From an uncultured Anaerolineales bacterium (GTDB lineage: Bacteria > Chloroflexota > Anaerolineae > Anaerolineales > UBA11858), in the NCBI GenBank assembly GCA_964453155.1, contig CAYVQU010000001.1, forward strand, positions 14,770 through 78,769: 64,000 nucleotides of DNA, in the 5' to 3' direction. The position numbers and the translations under genes are program-made. Shown here piece after piece: positions 46,647 through 56,499 of this stretch. Below the pieces are notes generated by a model that was not told the origin of the DNA, ran no database searches, and worked only from the letters and a program-made list of their open reading frames with translations. Positions within the stretch are counted from its first letter, which is position 1, and each line of letters begins with the position of its first letter.

Positions 46647-46761
46647 AAATGATGCCTCTCGAAGGTTTTGGTCTTACCTTACTATACTATTGAAACCCAT
46701 AATTGGTTCAATTGCAGCAAAATCTTGCCAATTCTATTTCCGGATGAGGGGGATGTCAAGC

Positions 46762-47688
46762 TCAAAAAGAGTCTTCTTCTTCACCTAGCCGAAGCCGAAT
46801 ATATGATTCGTAACGTTCGAAATGGATTTTCTCACCTTCAACGGCGACCTTAACCGCACAACCAGGTTCGTGTAGGTGCATACAGTTACTAAACTGGCAA
46901 TCGGCTACTAAATCGCGAATTTCGGGGAAATAACCATCCACCTCTTCGGGTTCAATATCCCATAGTGCCAGGGCTTTTAGTCCGGGGGTATCGGCCACGT
47001 AACCACCACCATCTAGCGGAAACATTTCCCGAACGACAGTTGTATGCCGTCCTTTTCGGGTAGCTTTACTAATATCGCGGACCACCAACCCCAAACCCGG
47101 CTGAATTTTATTCAGCAGACTTGATTTTCCGACTCCCGATGGTCCGGCTAAAACGGAAACTTTGCCGACTAATTCCTTATGAAGTTTTTTAACTCCCCGA
47201 CCTGATTCAACCGAGGTGAAGATGACCGGATAGCCAATATCTTTGTAATGACCATACCATTTTTTAGCATTGCGTAAACCAATCAGATCAATTTTGTTGA
47301 ACACAATCGTTACCGGCGTTTCGGCCTGTTCGGCAACGATTAAAAATCGATCGAGCATCCGCAGTTTAGGTTCTGGCTCATCACAAGCAAAGACCAACAT
47401 AACTTGATCTGGATTCGCAATGATAATTTGTTGATATTCACCTCTGGGCGTCGGTGCCATTCGGGAAAACATTCGGTCCCGGTCATCAATGGCTTCGATC
47501 ATACCAGTACCATCATCCAAGAGTGAAATTTGGACCCAATCGCCCACGGCAGCAATATCTCCCTGCTTGCGGCCCCGCTTGAGTCGTCCACGCAACCGAC
47601 AAACGACGATCCCGGTCGCAGTTTCACAAGTATAGAAGCCCGACTGGGATCGAATGATCAGACCTTTCGTTTTTTTTTCTTTATTCAG
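46762..47688 (-). CDS. rsgA: Ribosome small-subunit-dependent GTPase A
   Basis: Circularly permuted GTPase motifs NKIDL ... GPSGVGKSS ... DTPG, with the zinc cluster CQFSNCMHLHEPGC. The conserved OB-fold N-terminus (KGLIIRSQSGFYTCETATGIVVCRLRGRLK) lies upstream of the track start (TTG 47595). I therefore extend to CTG 47688, which follows GGAGG. The start codon is uncertain. Confidence 0.85.
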   Translation of the reverse strand: MNKEKKTKGLIIRSQSGFYTCETATGIVVCRLRGRLKRGRKQGDIAAVGDWVQISLLDDGTGMIEAIDDRDRMFSRMAPTPRGEYQQIIIANPDQVMLVFACDEPEPKLRMLDRFLIVAEQAETPVTIVFNKIDLIGLRNAKKWYGHYKDIGYPVIFTSVESGRGVKKLHKELVGKVSVLAGPSGVGKSSLLNKIQPGLGLVVRDISKATRKGRHTTVVREMFPLDGGGYVADTPGLKALALWDIEPEEVDGYFPEIRDLVADCQFSNCMHLHEPGCAVKVAVEGEKIHFERYESYIRLRLGEEEDSF

Positions 47689-47718
47689 ATTGCCTCCAAA
47701 CTAGAAGAGTATAAATCT

Positions 47719-50019
47719 TTATGGGTTACTTTCTTCTTCGCTCACAACTTCGTTTGTTTCAGGTAATGCTAACACACCCACGCTCGATTCCCAAGGCAAC
47801 AAGTAATTTCGACGGCCTTCGAAATAATATTGAACGATACCCCTAAAAATTGGGGCAGCAATATCGGAACCCTCCCCCGAATGTTCGGCGATAACAGCTA
47901 TCGCAATATCCGGTTTATTTTCCCGGTTTTCCAGGGTGTAACCCGCAAACCAAGCATGTGAGGCATCCAAACCTGATTCGGCGGTCCCGGTTTTTCCAGC
48001 CATAGCATAAAGATTCTTGCTATAAGTGCCGAGAACATGACTGGCCGTGCCGCGTTTATCTTGAACGACTGCGATCATGCCTTCCTTTAAAACGGCTAGT
48101 GTCTCTGGAGAGACAGGCAGCTTACCGTTCTCAATCGGTGCGAATTCATAAATTGGGTCAGCACCTGGGGGTGCAATCCGTTCGATGACTTGCGGTTGAT
48201 ACATGGTGCCCCCATTACCTAGCGCGGCGATAAATTGAGCAACCTGGAGCGGGGTCACAAGCGTATCTCCCTGACCAATTGCCAGGTTTATGGCTTCTAC
48301 TTCATCTCCAGGATCAGGAATATTGCCGGCTTCTTCTTCGACGCCTTCAATCCCAGTAGGACTGCCGAGACCGAAACCGCGGGCCATCTCAGATACCCCA
48401 TCTGCAATTCCCTGACGATAAAGATCCAAACCAATATGCCAGAAATAGGGGTTGCAGGAGCGCATCAACCCTTCCGGGAGATTTAGCAATCCGCTCGGTT
48501 TGGTTTCGCACTCTTCTTCGGTCAATAACTCTTCTTGACAGTGTTCCCAAGTCCAATCGTGCCGAGGGGAAATGCTGGGAATTTCAGTAAAATGATAATC
48601 ACAATCGTAGGTTGATTCGCGGGTATAAAGACCACTTTCGAGGGCCGCGGCGGTCGTAATTATTTTGAAAACCGATCCCAATGGGTACTGCCCGCGCGTG
48701 GCTCGATTGTAGAGGGGTTGGCCACCATATTGGTTATAAATATCCTCAAGCTGGTAACGAGAATTTGCATTTGCGGGCTCAAAGGCATTGGGATCAAAAC
48801 CGGGTGAGGAGGCCAGGGCTAATATTCGTCCAGTTTCTACTTCCATGACCACAATAGCACCGAAATATTTAAGGAGCATCTCTTGAGCTGCCAATTGCAG
48901 GTCAGCATCAAAGGTTGTATAAATGGCTTGCGCCGGTTGACCAGGAACATCGGCGATTTGGGTAACTACTTCATTTGATGGGCCAAGTACGTACAATGTG
49001 CCCCCACGGATCCCGCCAAGATAGGATTCGCCCCATTTTTCAACCCCTTGGCGACCAACTTTTTCATCCCGGCTATACCCCAAACGGAGGTATTCTTCTT
49101 CCTCTTCGGCCTGAATAAAACTAACATATCCTATCGATTGGGGAGCGATCCCATTGTCGTAATAAAACCGGGATTCAAATGGCCACATTACCAACCCCCC
49201 TTGGTCATATCCATTAGAGATATCGTAATACTCATCGACAAATTCGCGGGGGACTTCGGCCACGTATACCAGCCAGTCAGCTCCAGGGGGATAATCGTAA
49301 TATTGGTTATACAATGCGCCGGGATGAATTCCCGTCATCCGCTGGATATTCCGCAAAATGTCATCTTCCTCCCCATCTTCGAAGCGGCTGGGAATGATAC
49401 CAATCGAGGCCGCTTCGGCATAGGCCACAATCGCGTTGCCATTGCGATCATATATATTGGCGCGGGCTGGGATATGGCGATCCATCCAGAGATAATTACC
49501 ACCCGCCAACTCGGGCAGGATAATTTCATCGGCCCACTGTACCCGCCAACTACCATCTTCAAGGCTGAGATTCATAATCGTTTCGCGGTGAATATCACCA
49601 ATTAACACACTGTGGAGTATTACGCGAAAACTAACCTCCGCACTTTGGGAATTGCGCTGCAAAAATGACAATATTTCAAAATCCAGGCTGCTTACGGCCG
49701 CTTCGGCCAAAACAGAGCGATAACGCCGGATGAAATCTTCTTCAGAAATTGCGTCCTGACTGATGGCGGTTAGCATGGCATACATCGCCGGGTAATCATC
49801 AGCCTGCCAATATTCCAAATATTTTTGAACAAAATGATCTGGATCAGGAACTGGTGTAGCGGTTAATGTGGGGGTAGGTGAAGCAATTTCGGGCGTTACC
49901 GTGGCAACCACAACCTCGGCTGTCGGGGTTTGGTCCATTGGCAATGGAGTTGGGGTAACAGTGGTACATCCCACCACCAGAATAATTACGATAAAGATAA
50001 GCCAACGTATTTGGGTCAT
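47719..50019 (-). CDS. Class B penicillin-binding protein (PBP2/FtsI-type transpeptidase) with N-terminal NTF2-like domain
   Basis: SxxK SVFK, SxN SCN, KTG KTGTA. The ATG at 50019 gives the lipoprotein-like signal MTQIRWLIFIVIILVVGC. The ORF track starts at GTG 50040. Confidence 0.88.
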   Translation of the reverse strand: MTQIRWLIFIVIILVVGCTTVTPTPLPMDQTPTAEVVVATVTPEIASPTPTLTATPVPDPDHFVQKYLEYWQADDYPAMYAMLTAISQDAISEEDFIRRYRSVLAEAAVSSLDFEILSFLQRNSQSAEVSFRVILHSVLIGDIHRETIMNLSLEDGSWRVQWADEIILPELAGGNYLWMDRHIPARANIYDRNGNAIVAYAEAASIGIIPSRFEDGEEDDILRNIQRMTGIHPGALYNQYYDYPPGADWLVYVAEVPREFVDEYYDISNGYDQGGLVMWPFESRFYYDNGIAPQSIGYVSFIQAEEEEEYLRLGYSRDEKVGRQGVEKWGESYLGGIRGGTLYVLGPSNEVVTQIADVPGQPAQAIYTTFDADLQLAAQEMLLKYFGAIVVMEVETGRILALASSPGFDPNAFEPANANSRYQLEDIYNQYGGQPLYNRATRGQYPLGSVFKIITTAAALESGLYTRESTYDCDYHFTEIPSISPRHDWTWEHCQEELLTEEECETKPSGLLNLPEGLMRSCNPYFWHIGLDLYRQGIADGVSEMARGFGLGSPTGIEGVEEEAGNIPDPGDEVEAINLAIGQGDTLVTPLQVAQFIAALGNGGTMYQPQVIERIAPPGADPIYEFAPIENGKLPVSPETLAVLKEGMIAVVQDKRGTASHVLGTYSKNLYAMAGKTGTAESGLDASHAWFAGYTLENRENKPDIAIAVIAEHSGEGSDIAAPIFRGIVQYYFEGRRNYLLPWESSVGVLALPETNEVVSEEESNP

Positions 50020-50099
50020 AACTGCTAAAGTCTCTCTCACTGATCAAAAATTCACAATTTGATAAACATCCTAATTGACTTATGATCAGCGTTTAAATC

Positions 50100-50750
50100 T
50101 TACCTATCAGGTAAGATATTTTTGAAGGTCACACAATGATATCTTAGAGCTTCTTGACAGGCTGAGGGTACATTAGTACCAACAGCGATTCCAATCTTCG
50201 AAATTTGCCGAGTTAAATTACAAAGGGGCAAACCCATTACATTTGCGAAACATCCTTGTAAATTATCGACCGGCTGAAAGCCGGTATGCTGGATGGCATA
50301 GGCCCCAGCCTTATCGAGGGGATCGCCACTGTCAACATAAACCTGCATTTCATCATCCGAATAATTCCGCATCGGGACATCCGTACCACAAATATCGGTT
50401 AGCAATTGATCTTCTTGTAAGTTTAGGGCCGCAATCGCGGTAAAAACTTGATGAGAACGGCCCCGCAACTGGGTTAACATCCGAATTGCATCCCCCTTGT
50501 CACATGGTTTACCTAAAATTTGATCACCATCAACAACGGTGGTGTCTGAGGCAATTACTACGCCATCTTGATCGACAAGTTCTTGGACCGCCCGGGCCTT
50601 TTCGACTGCCATCCGCAGCACATATTCTTGGGGATTTTCGCCCTGATGAGGGGTTTCATCAATGTCGGCGGCAATCACCTGAAAATCCAGATTCATAAGC
50701 GCCAATAATTCATGGCGACGGGGAGATTTCGAAGCTAAGATAATTTTCAT
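50100..50750 (-). CDS. maf: Maf-family nucleoside triphosphate pyrophosphatase
   Basis: MKIILASKSPRRHELL start (ATG 50748-50750) and the Maf fold motifs that follow. Confidence 0.88.
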   Translation of the reverse strand: MKIILASKSPRRHELLALMNLDFQVIAADIDETPHQGENPQEYVLRMAVEKARAVQELVDQDGVVIASDTTVVDGDQILGKPCDKGDAIRMLTQLRGRSHQVFTAIAALNLQEDQLLTDICGTDVPMRNYSDDEMQVYVDSGDPLDKAGAYAIQHTGFQPVDNLQGCFANVMGLPLCNLTRQISKIGIAVGTNVPSACQEALRYHCVTFKNILPDR

Positions 50751-51067
50751 AAACGTCATCCATTCAGCGCCGGATTTTATCACAATCTCTGAATACCTCT
50801 AGCCCATTCGATCTTACCAATGTAGAATGGACAGGATTGAATTTAATAACTCATGTAATGCATGATGTGCAAAGTGTGCCAGAAAATTCACCCCTTCCGA
50901 AAATTTCAGAACACAGCTTCGATACGCTTTCGCTACTCAGGCCCGTCTTGAGACGGTCGAAGGGATACCAGTTCCGTAATATCAATTATAGATAATTGAG
51001 CTTACCATCAATAATTGGAAAGCTTCAGTCGAAATCAGAATTTTTATTATCAGCTTTTGGAGGCGAA

Positions 51068-51634
51068 ATGCAAATACTGAAAGATCGAATTGTAAAGGAA
51101 GGGAGAAACCTGGGAGGGGGCATCTTGAAAGTCGATGGATTTGTCAACCACCAGGTAGACCCTCAATTGATGGATGATGCTGGCAAAGAATTTGCGGAAT
51201 TATTTGCCGATATTGGGGCCACCAAGATCCTGACCGCCGAAATTTCGGGGATTGCTCCAGCGGTGGCCACTGGGTTGCACATGGGGTTGCCGGTGGTCTA
51301 TGCTCGTAAACGAAAACCCATTACCATGCCAGATCAGGTGTTGCTAACCCTGGCACCATCGCATACCAAAGGGCGGACTGTTGAATTAATTGTCTCTCCG
51401 GAATATCTAGCCGGTGGAGAGCGAGTACTGATTATCGACGACTTCCTGGCCAGCGCGGCTACGATCATGGGCTTGGTCCGATTGGCTGAGACAGCCGGGG
51501 CAGTCGTGGTGGGGATCGGGGCATTAATTGAAAAGGCGTTTGAGGGCGGGCGCGGCTTGCTCAATCCGCTGGGCGTCCCCGTCTATTCCTTGGCATCCAT
51601 TCAATCCATGGATGATGAAATCATTTTCGAATAA
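51068..51634 (+). CDS. xpt: Xanthine phosphoribosyltransferase
   Basis: The ATG at 51068 is preceded by GGAGG. MQILKDRIVKEGRNLGGGILKVDGFVNHQVDPQLM parallels the Bacillus Xpt N-terminus. PRPP-binding loop VLIIDDFLASAAT. Confidence 0.88.
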   Translation: MQILKDRIVKEGRNLGGGILKVDGFVNHQVDPQLMDDAGKEFAELFADIGATKILTAEISGIAPAVATGLHMGLPVVYARKRKPITMPDQVLLTLAPSHTKGRTVELIVSPEYLAGGERVLIIDDFLASAATIMGLVRLAETAGAVVVGIGALIEKAFEGGRGLLNPLGVPVYSLASIQSMDDEIIFE

Positions 51635-51681
51635 ATTGAAATATCCAAACGTTATGATAGTGCAGGTTGAACATTAAAATC

Positions 51682-53241
51682 ATGGTTGACACAATCGTAA
51701 TTCTTGATTTTGGTTCCCAATATTCACAACTGATTGCCCGGCGGGTGCGCGAGCAACAGGTGTATTGTGAGTTATTGCCCTGGGACACTGCTCCTGAAAA
51801 AATTAGGGACCTAAAACCCAAAGGATTTATTCTCTCCGGTGGGCCCAACTCGGTCTATGAAGGGGGTGCGCCCCAAATCCTACCATTTCTGCTTGAATCG
51901 AAATTGCCAATTTTAGGCATCTGCTATGGAATGCAGGCCCTCACGCATGCGCTAAATGGTAAGGTCGCACCATCGACCGAACGCGAATACGGTCCAGCCA
52001 ATATTAGAACCTTGACCCCCAACGATTTGATCCCATCTGGAGAGCATCCGGTATGGATGTCACATGGAGATCGGATCGAAACTTTGCCACCGGGTTTTTC
52101 ATCTTTTGCAGAATCCGACAACTCGCCTTTTGCAGCAATGGGAGATCCGACCCGCGGCTATTATGGCGTTCAGTTTCACCCAGAAGTCCACCACACGCCT
52201 GGTGGTTCAGAAATGCTTCGGCGGTTTGTGACTAATATTTGCGAGGCACAACCGAATTGGACCCCAGAATCGATCATTGCCGAAAGTGTGGCGCGGATCA
52301 AGACTCAAGTTGGACCAGAGCGCGTACTCTCCGGCGTCAGTGGGGGAGTTGATTCGAGCGTTGCCACCGCTTTGGTCCACCGCGCGATCGGCGATCAACT
52401 GGCAGCCGTTTTTGTTGATAACGGATTACTCCGCCTGGGCGAGGCCAGTCAGGTGGTTGAAACGTTTTCAAAAAACTTAGGTGTGAAACTTTACCCAGTA
52501 AATGCCGTAGAAGATTTTATGGAGGCCCTGGCGGACGTCACAGACCCGGAACGAAAACGCCAAATCATCGGCGAAAAATTTATCCGGATTTTCGAAGCCC
52601 AAGCCCGAAAATTGGGTAAACCGCAATTCTTGGTACAGGGAACAATCTACCCCGACGTGGTTGAATCAAGTGCTCCCGATCGTTCGAAAGCCCAACGGAT
52701 CAAGAGTCACCATAACGTCGGCGGTTTACCGGAGGATATGGAGTTTGAGCTCGTTGAACCGCTCCGCTACCTATTCAAAGACGAAGTCCGGGCGGTCGGC
52801 GAAGCTTTAGGATTACCAACCGAAATGGTTTGGCGACAACCCTTCCCCGGGCCGGGTTTAGGCGTACGCTGTTTGGGTGAGATCACCTGGGATCGACTTG
52901 AAACCCTCCGGGCAGCCGACGCCATCTTCAGAGAAGAATTATCCGCGGCTGGTCAACTCCGCATGAAACATGAAGCCGGCTTAATTAGCGGGAGTGCCCA
53001 AGCCTTTGCGGTGCTGCTACCAGTCAAATCGGTCGGCGTCATGGGTGATCAACGTACCTACCAGGAAGTGGTCGCGTTGAGAGCGGTCACCACCGAGGAC
53101 TTCATGACAGCCGATTGGTCTCGCCTGCCTTATGATTTATTAGCCCGAGTCGCTAACCGGATTGTAAATGAAGTCAATGGCATCAATCGAGTCGTTTACG
53201 ACATTACAAGTAAACCCCCGGGTACAATTGAATGGGAGTGA
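51682..53241 (+). CDS. guaA: GMP synthase (glutamine-hydrolysing)
   Basis: GATase [12 protein letters not shown]-PPase P-loop SGGVDSS, C-terminal dimerisation domain ending PPGTIEWE. Confidence 0.95.
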   Translation: MVDTIVILDFGSQYSQLIARRVREQQVYCELLPWDTAPEKIRDLKPKGFILSGGPNSVYEGGAPQILPFLLESKLPILGICYGMQALTHALNGKVAPSTEREYGPANIRTLTPNDLIPSGEHPVWMSHGDRIETLPPGFSSFAESDNSPFAAMGDPTRGYYGVQFHPEVHHTPGGSEMLRRFVTNICEAQPNWTPESIIAESVARIKTQVGPERVLSGVSGGVDSSVATALVHRAIGDQLAAVFVDNGLLRLGEASQVVETFSKNLGVKLYPVNAVEDFMEALADVTDPERKRQIIGEKFIRIFEAQARKLGKPQFLVQGTIYPDVVESSAPDRSKAQRIKSHHNVGGLPEDMEFELVEPLRYLFKDEVRAVGEALGLPTEMVWRQPFPGPGLGVRCLGEITWDRLETLRAADAIFREELSAAGQLRMKHEAGLISGSAQAFAVLLPVKSVGVMGDQRTYQEVVALRAVTTEDFMTADWSRLPYDLLARVANRIVNEVNGINRVVYDITSKPPGTIEWE

Positions 53242-53436
53242 GTGCTGTGCGGTTTGAACCTGTTTATTAACCAAGGGGCTGGTTCGCACAGCCTTAGCAA
53301 ATTTTGGTTTGGGAAAATTTTTATGCTAAATATTTATCCGAAATTTGCAAATGATATGAGGTTTATTGGATGTATTTGATGAAAACGGTGACAGGTAACT
53401 GACAACTGATCACTGGTATTACAAAAGGAGATTGCG

Positions 53437-54438
53437 ATGGATTTCGGTGAAGTATTAACCAATGCGTGGAAAATAATTTGGAAGTTTAAAGTCCTGTGGA
53501 TTTTTGGCATCCTATCTAGTTGTGGACAAGGTGGCGGCGGCGGAGGGGGTGGCGGTGGTGGCAATTCGGGGGTTCAATATTCACCCAGTGAAGGTGAATT
53601 GCCCCCCTTTATGCGCGATTTCGTGTTTGGAATGGAACGCTTTTTCAACAACATAGAAGGCTGGCAAATTGCGCTATTCATCATCGGGATGATCGTCTTC
53701 ATCTTGGTGTTGACTTTTATCTTCGCCGCGCTCAACACTGTGGGACGAATTGGATTAGTCCAAGGGACCATTGAAGCCGAAGCCGGGGCTGAAACCCTGA
53801 CTTTCATGGGGCTTTTTGAACAAGGCAAACCCCTCTTCTGGCGAATCTTTGGGTTCAACTTATTAGTAGGATTAGCCATTTTCTTGTTGGTTTTGATCTT
53901 TATGGTGCCCTTCATCCTCATTGGGGTGGTAACCATGGGAATTGGTATGTTGTGCTTGATCCCTTTGATCTGCATTCTGGTTCCGGTGGGTTGGCTAGCG
54001 GGTGTGGTGATCGAGCAGGCGAACATCGCCATTATCGTCGAAGACTTACCGATGCTAGCAGGTCTCCAGCGCGGTTGGGAAGTATTTCGAGCCAACCTCG
54101 GCAATATGATCGTCATGGCCTTGATATTGGTCTTAGGTGGCGGGGTGATCGGATTCGCGATGGCCCTCCCCATCATGTTCGCGATTGTGCCATTGATCAT
54201 CGGGGGTGTCACCGCCGCCGCTGGCGAGGCTCCCATGTTCGCTGGGGGCGGGGCCATGGTTTCGCTCGTGTGTTGTGTTTCTTACCTGCCAGTACTGATC
54301 GTCTTAAGTGGTATTTTGCAAGCTTATATTAAATCCGCCTGGACGTTGACATACGTGCGCCTGGCAGCCGCAACAGATTCTCAGCCAGATGTCTTCGATA
54401 GCGATGAGGTTGAATATCTCCCCGAAGAAGATCTATAA
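53437..54438 (+). CDS. Polytopic membrane protein of unknown function with an 11-residue poly-Gly tract after TM1
   Basis: 333 aa. LWIFGILSSCGQGGGGGGGGGGGNSG, followed by at least five hydrophobic segments and an acidic tail. Confidence 0.6.
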   Translation: MDFGEVLTNAWKIIWKFKVLWIFGILSSCGQGGGGGGGGGGGNSGVQYSPSEGELPPFMRDFVFGMERFFNNIEGWQIALFIIGMIVFILVLTFIFAALNTVGRIGLVQGTIEAEAGAETLTFMGLFEQGKPLFWRIFGFNLLVGLAIFLLVLIFMVPFILIGVVTMGIGMLCLIPLICILVPVGWLAGVVIEQANIAIIVEDLPMLAGLQRGWEVFRANLGNMIVMALILVLGGGVIGFAMALPIMFAIVPLIIGGVTAAAGEAPMFAGGGAMVSLVCCVSYLPVLIVLSGILQAYIKSAWTLTYVRLAAATDSQPDVFDSDEVEYLPEEDL

Positions 54439-54511
54439 TTTGCAACAGTATCCTGACATGTGAAGCGTGATAAGTAATCACGCTTCACACTTTCACACAT
54501 TATTCTAGTTT

Positions 54512-54535
54512 CCCCCTCCAAGGGGGATTTTTTTT
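54512..54535 (+). terminator. Intrinsic terminator
   Basis: CCCCCT-cca-AGGGGG stem-loop followed by A-T8 (54528-54535). A second 11-bp hairpin, GTGAAGCGTGA/TCACGCTTCAC, lies at 54460-54488. Confidence 0.75.
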
Positions 54536-54567
54536 GTTCGCTTCCGGTTTTATGCTAAAATCTAGCC

Positions 54568-56499
54568 ATGTTCGGCCTAAAAAGTAGAATCGCACTCATT
54601 TTTTGTGGGATTTTCTTCCTAACCTTAAGCGCCAGCGCTCAAACTGCCGGGAGCGCAATTTTAACCCCGCCTAATACTGACGAATTTCCACTCATCAGTT
54701 CATACCTCGAGGTTTATGATGCCGAGGGGAACTTTGTTCATAATCTCCAATCTGAAAACATCCAAATTACAGAAGATCAGCGCTTGATTTCTATTCAAAG
54801 TATCACTGAATTAGAAACTGGAGCTCAATTTGTGGTGGCATTAAATTTAGGACCGACATTTGCAATCCGAGATATTAATGGTATCGCTCGCATTGACACC
54901 ATACGACAAACTTTAACGAATTGGGCTGATAATCATACCGCTCATCAAGATGATCTCAGTTTCCTAACCAACGATGGGCCAGAATTCATTCACCTACCCA
55001 ATTCTCGGCAATGGGCGGTAGGGCTAGAGTCTTACACTTCGGATCCGCGCGCAGCCATCCCCAGTCTTGATGTTTTAGTGCGGGCGATTGAGGTTGCGGC
55101 GGATCCTAACGCGGCGGTGGGGGTTGGTAAAGCTGTCCTACTCCTGACACCCCCACCTGATCGAGCTGGCACCGCAACGCTCCAAAGCATCATCTCGCGG
55201 GCGAAAGAAGCCCGCGTACGGGTTTTTGTATGGATGATTTCATCTCCGGCCTATTTCACATCAGAGGGCGCTCTCCAATTAGCCGAATTAGCCCAACAAA
55301 CCGGGGGGAGATTTTTAGGGTATTCGGGCGATGAAAATTTACCGGATATCGAAAATTATTTAGAACCACTGCGATTTTTTTATACTCTGAATTACGAATC
55401 CCAAATTCGGAACGCCGACCCCCATCAAATTTCGCTTCGAATAAAGACGGATCAACTGGATATTGCAACGGAACCGATTAACTTTGAGCTAGAAGTACTC
55501 CCGCCCAATCCAATTTTCCTAACACCTCCCATCAATATTGTCCGAGCAAATCGGGCCTCGTTAGGAGAGGCTTTTAATGAAGAAACGAATTACACGCCCA
55601 CGGAACAATTGGTAGATATTTTGATCGAATTTCCTGATGGGCGTCCGCGCGATTTGGTTCGGACTACATTATATGTCGATGGGGAAATAGCCGCTGAAAA
55701 TAAGGTTCCCCCATTTGATCAATTTTCATGGAATCTGAATAGCTACCTTACAAGTGGAGCTCACACCATCAAAGTTGAGGCCGAAGATTTGCTTGGGTTA
55801 AGTGGTGTCAGTATCGATAATACAGTTCAAATTACTATTCAGCAAACGCCGCAAAATGTTGTTTCCACCATTGCAAAAAATGCGCCCGTAATTGCGGGCT
55901 CGACGGTAGCCGTTACTGGGGGGATTTTGTTATTGGTCTTGGTTTTGCGCGGCCGGATACAACCCAAGCGATTTGGGCGTGGTCGTCGAAAAAAACTCCC
56001 CCAATCTTCTCAAGAGAGACAAATCCCAAATACCCCAACCGTTCAACTCCAACCTTTACCTGGCCGGGGACGATTTTCAAATTGGATGAATCGCTTCTCT
56101 TGGCCTCAACGCGGCAATATCTCTGACCATGGTATTGCTTATATGGAACCAATTTCCCCAGAAAATGGCCGGACTACAATTGAGCGAATCGATATTACTT
56201 ATGGTGAAATCGCTTTTGGGAAAAATCAACAACTTGCTACGCAAGCATTTAGTGATAATTCGGTTGATGATCTGCACGCTCGTATTCGAGTGAACGCTCA
56301 AGATGGAACAATGATTTTTGATGAAAATTCAACTGCGGGGACTTGGGTCAATTATCAGCCCATTTCAGTGGAAGGTGTTCAACTCTTCCATGGGGATATT
56401 ATTCACTTTGGCCGGGTTGGATTTATATTCAAATTGAATGATTCCGCCCGAATTCCTAAACCCGTTATCATACCGCAGGAGCCTGGTTATGATTCCTAG
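54568..56499 (+). CDS. Single-pass membrane protein: extracytoplasmic vWA-like domain (degenerate MIDAS) + TM + cytoplasmic FHA domain
   Basis: 643 aa. Signal FCGIFFLTLSASA. vWA-like strands FVVALNLGPT, KAVLLLTPPPD, RVFVWMIS and AQQTGGRF. TM VIAGSTVAVTGGILLLVLVL. C-terminal FHA region ITYGEIAFGKN...LHARIRVNAQDGTMIFDENSTAGTWVN...GDIIHFGRVGFIF. Confidence 0.75.
   Translation: MFGLKSRIALIFCGIFFLTLSASAQTAGSAILTPPNTDEFPLISSYLEVYDAEGNFVHNLQSENIQITEDQRLISIQSITELETGAQFVVALNLGPTFAIRDINGIARIDTIRQTLTNWADNHTAHQDDLSFLTNDGPEFIHLPNSRQWAVGLESYTSDPRAAIPSLDVLVRAIEVAADPNAAVGVGKAVLLLTPPPDRAGTATLQSIISRAKEARVRVFVWMISSPAYFTSEGALQLAELAQQTGGRFLGYSGDENLPDIENYLEPLRFFYTLNYESQIRNADPHQISLRIKTDQLDIATEPINFELEVLPPNPIFLTPPINIVRANRASLGEAFNEETNYTPTEQLVDILIEFPDGRPRDLVRTTLYVDGEIAAENKVPPFDQFSWNLNSYLTSGAHTIKVEAEDLLGLSGVSIDNTVQITIQQTPQNVVSTIAKNAPVIAGSTVAVTGGILLLVLVLRGRIQPKRFGRGRRKKLPQSSQERQIPNTPTVQLQPLPGRGRFSNWMNRFSWPQRGNISDHGIAYMEPISPENGRTTIERIDITYGEIAFGKNQQLATQAFSDNSVDDLHARIRVNAQDGTMIFDENSTAGTWVNYQPISVEGVQLFHGDIIHFGRVGFIFKLNDSARIPKPVIIPQEPGYDS

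Noticed and set aside
50784-51067. Expected purine (guanine/xanthine) riboswitch in the 284-nt region upstream of xpt
   Set aside because: I could not find the conserved purine-riboswitch core, either a UAUAAU-type J1/2 or the UUUCUACC ... CCGUAAAUGUCC-GACUA junctions. Only generic hairpins are present (CCGTCTtgAGACGG at about 50943-50956, and GAGCTT...AAGCTT). An Rfam/Infernal scan (RF00167) would settle this.
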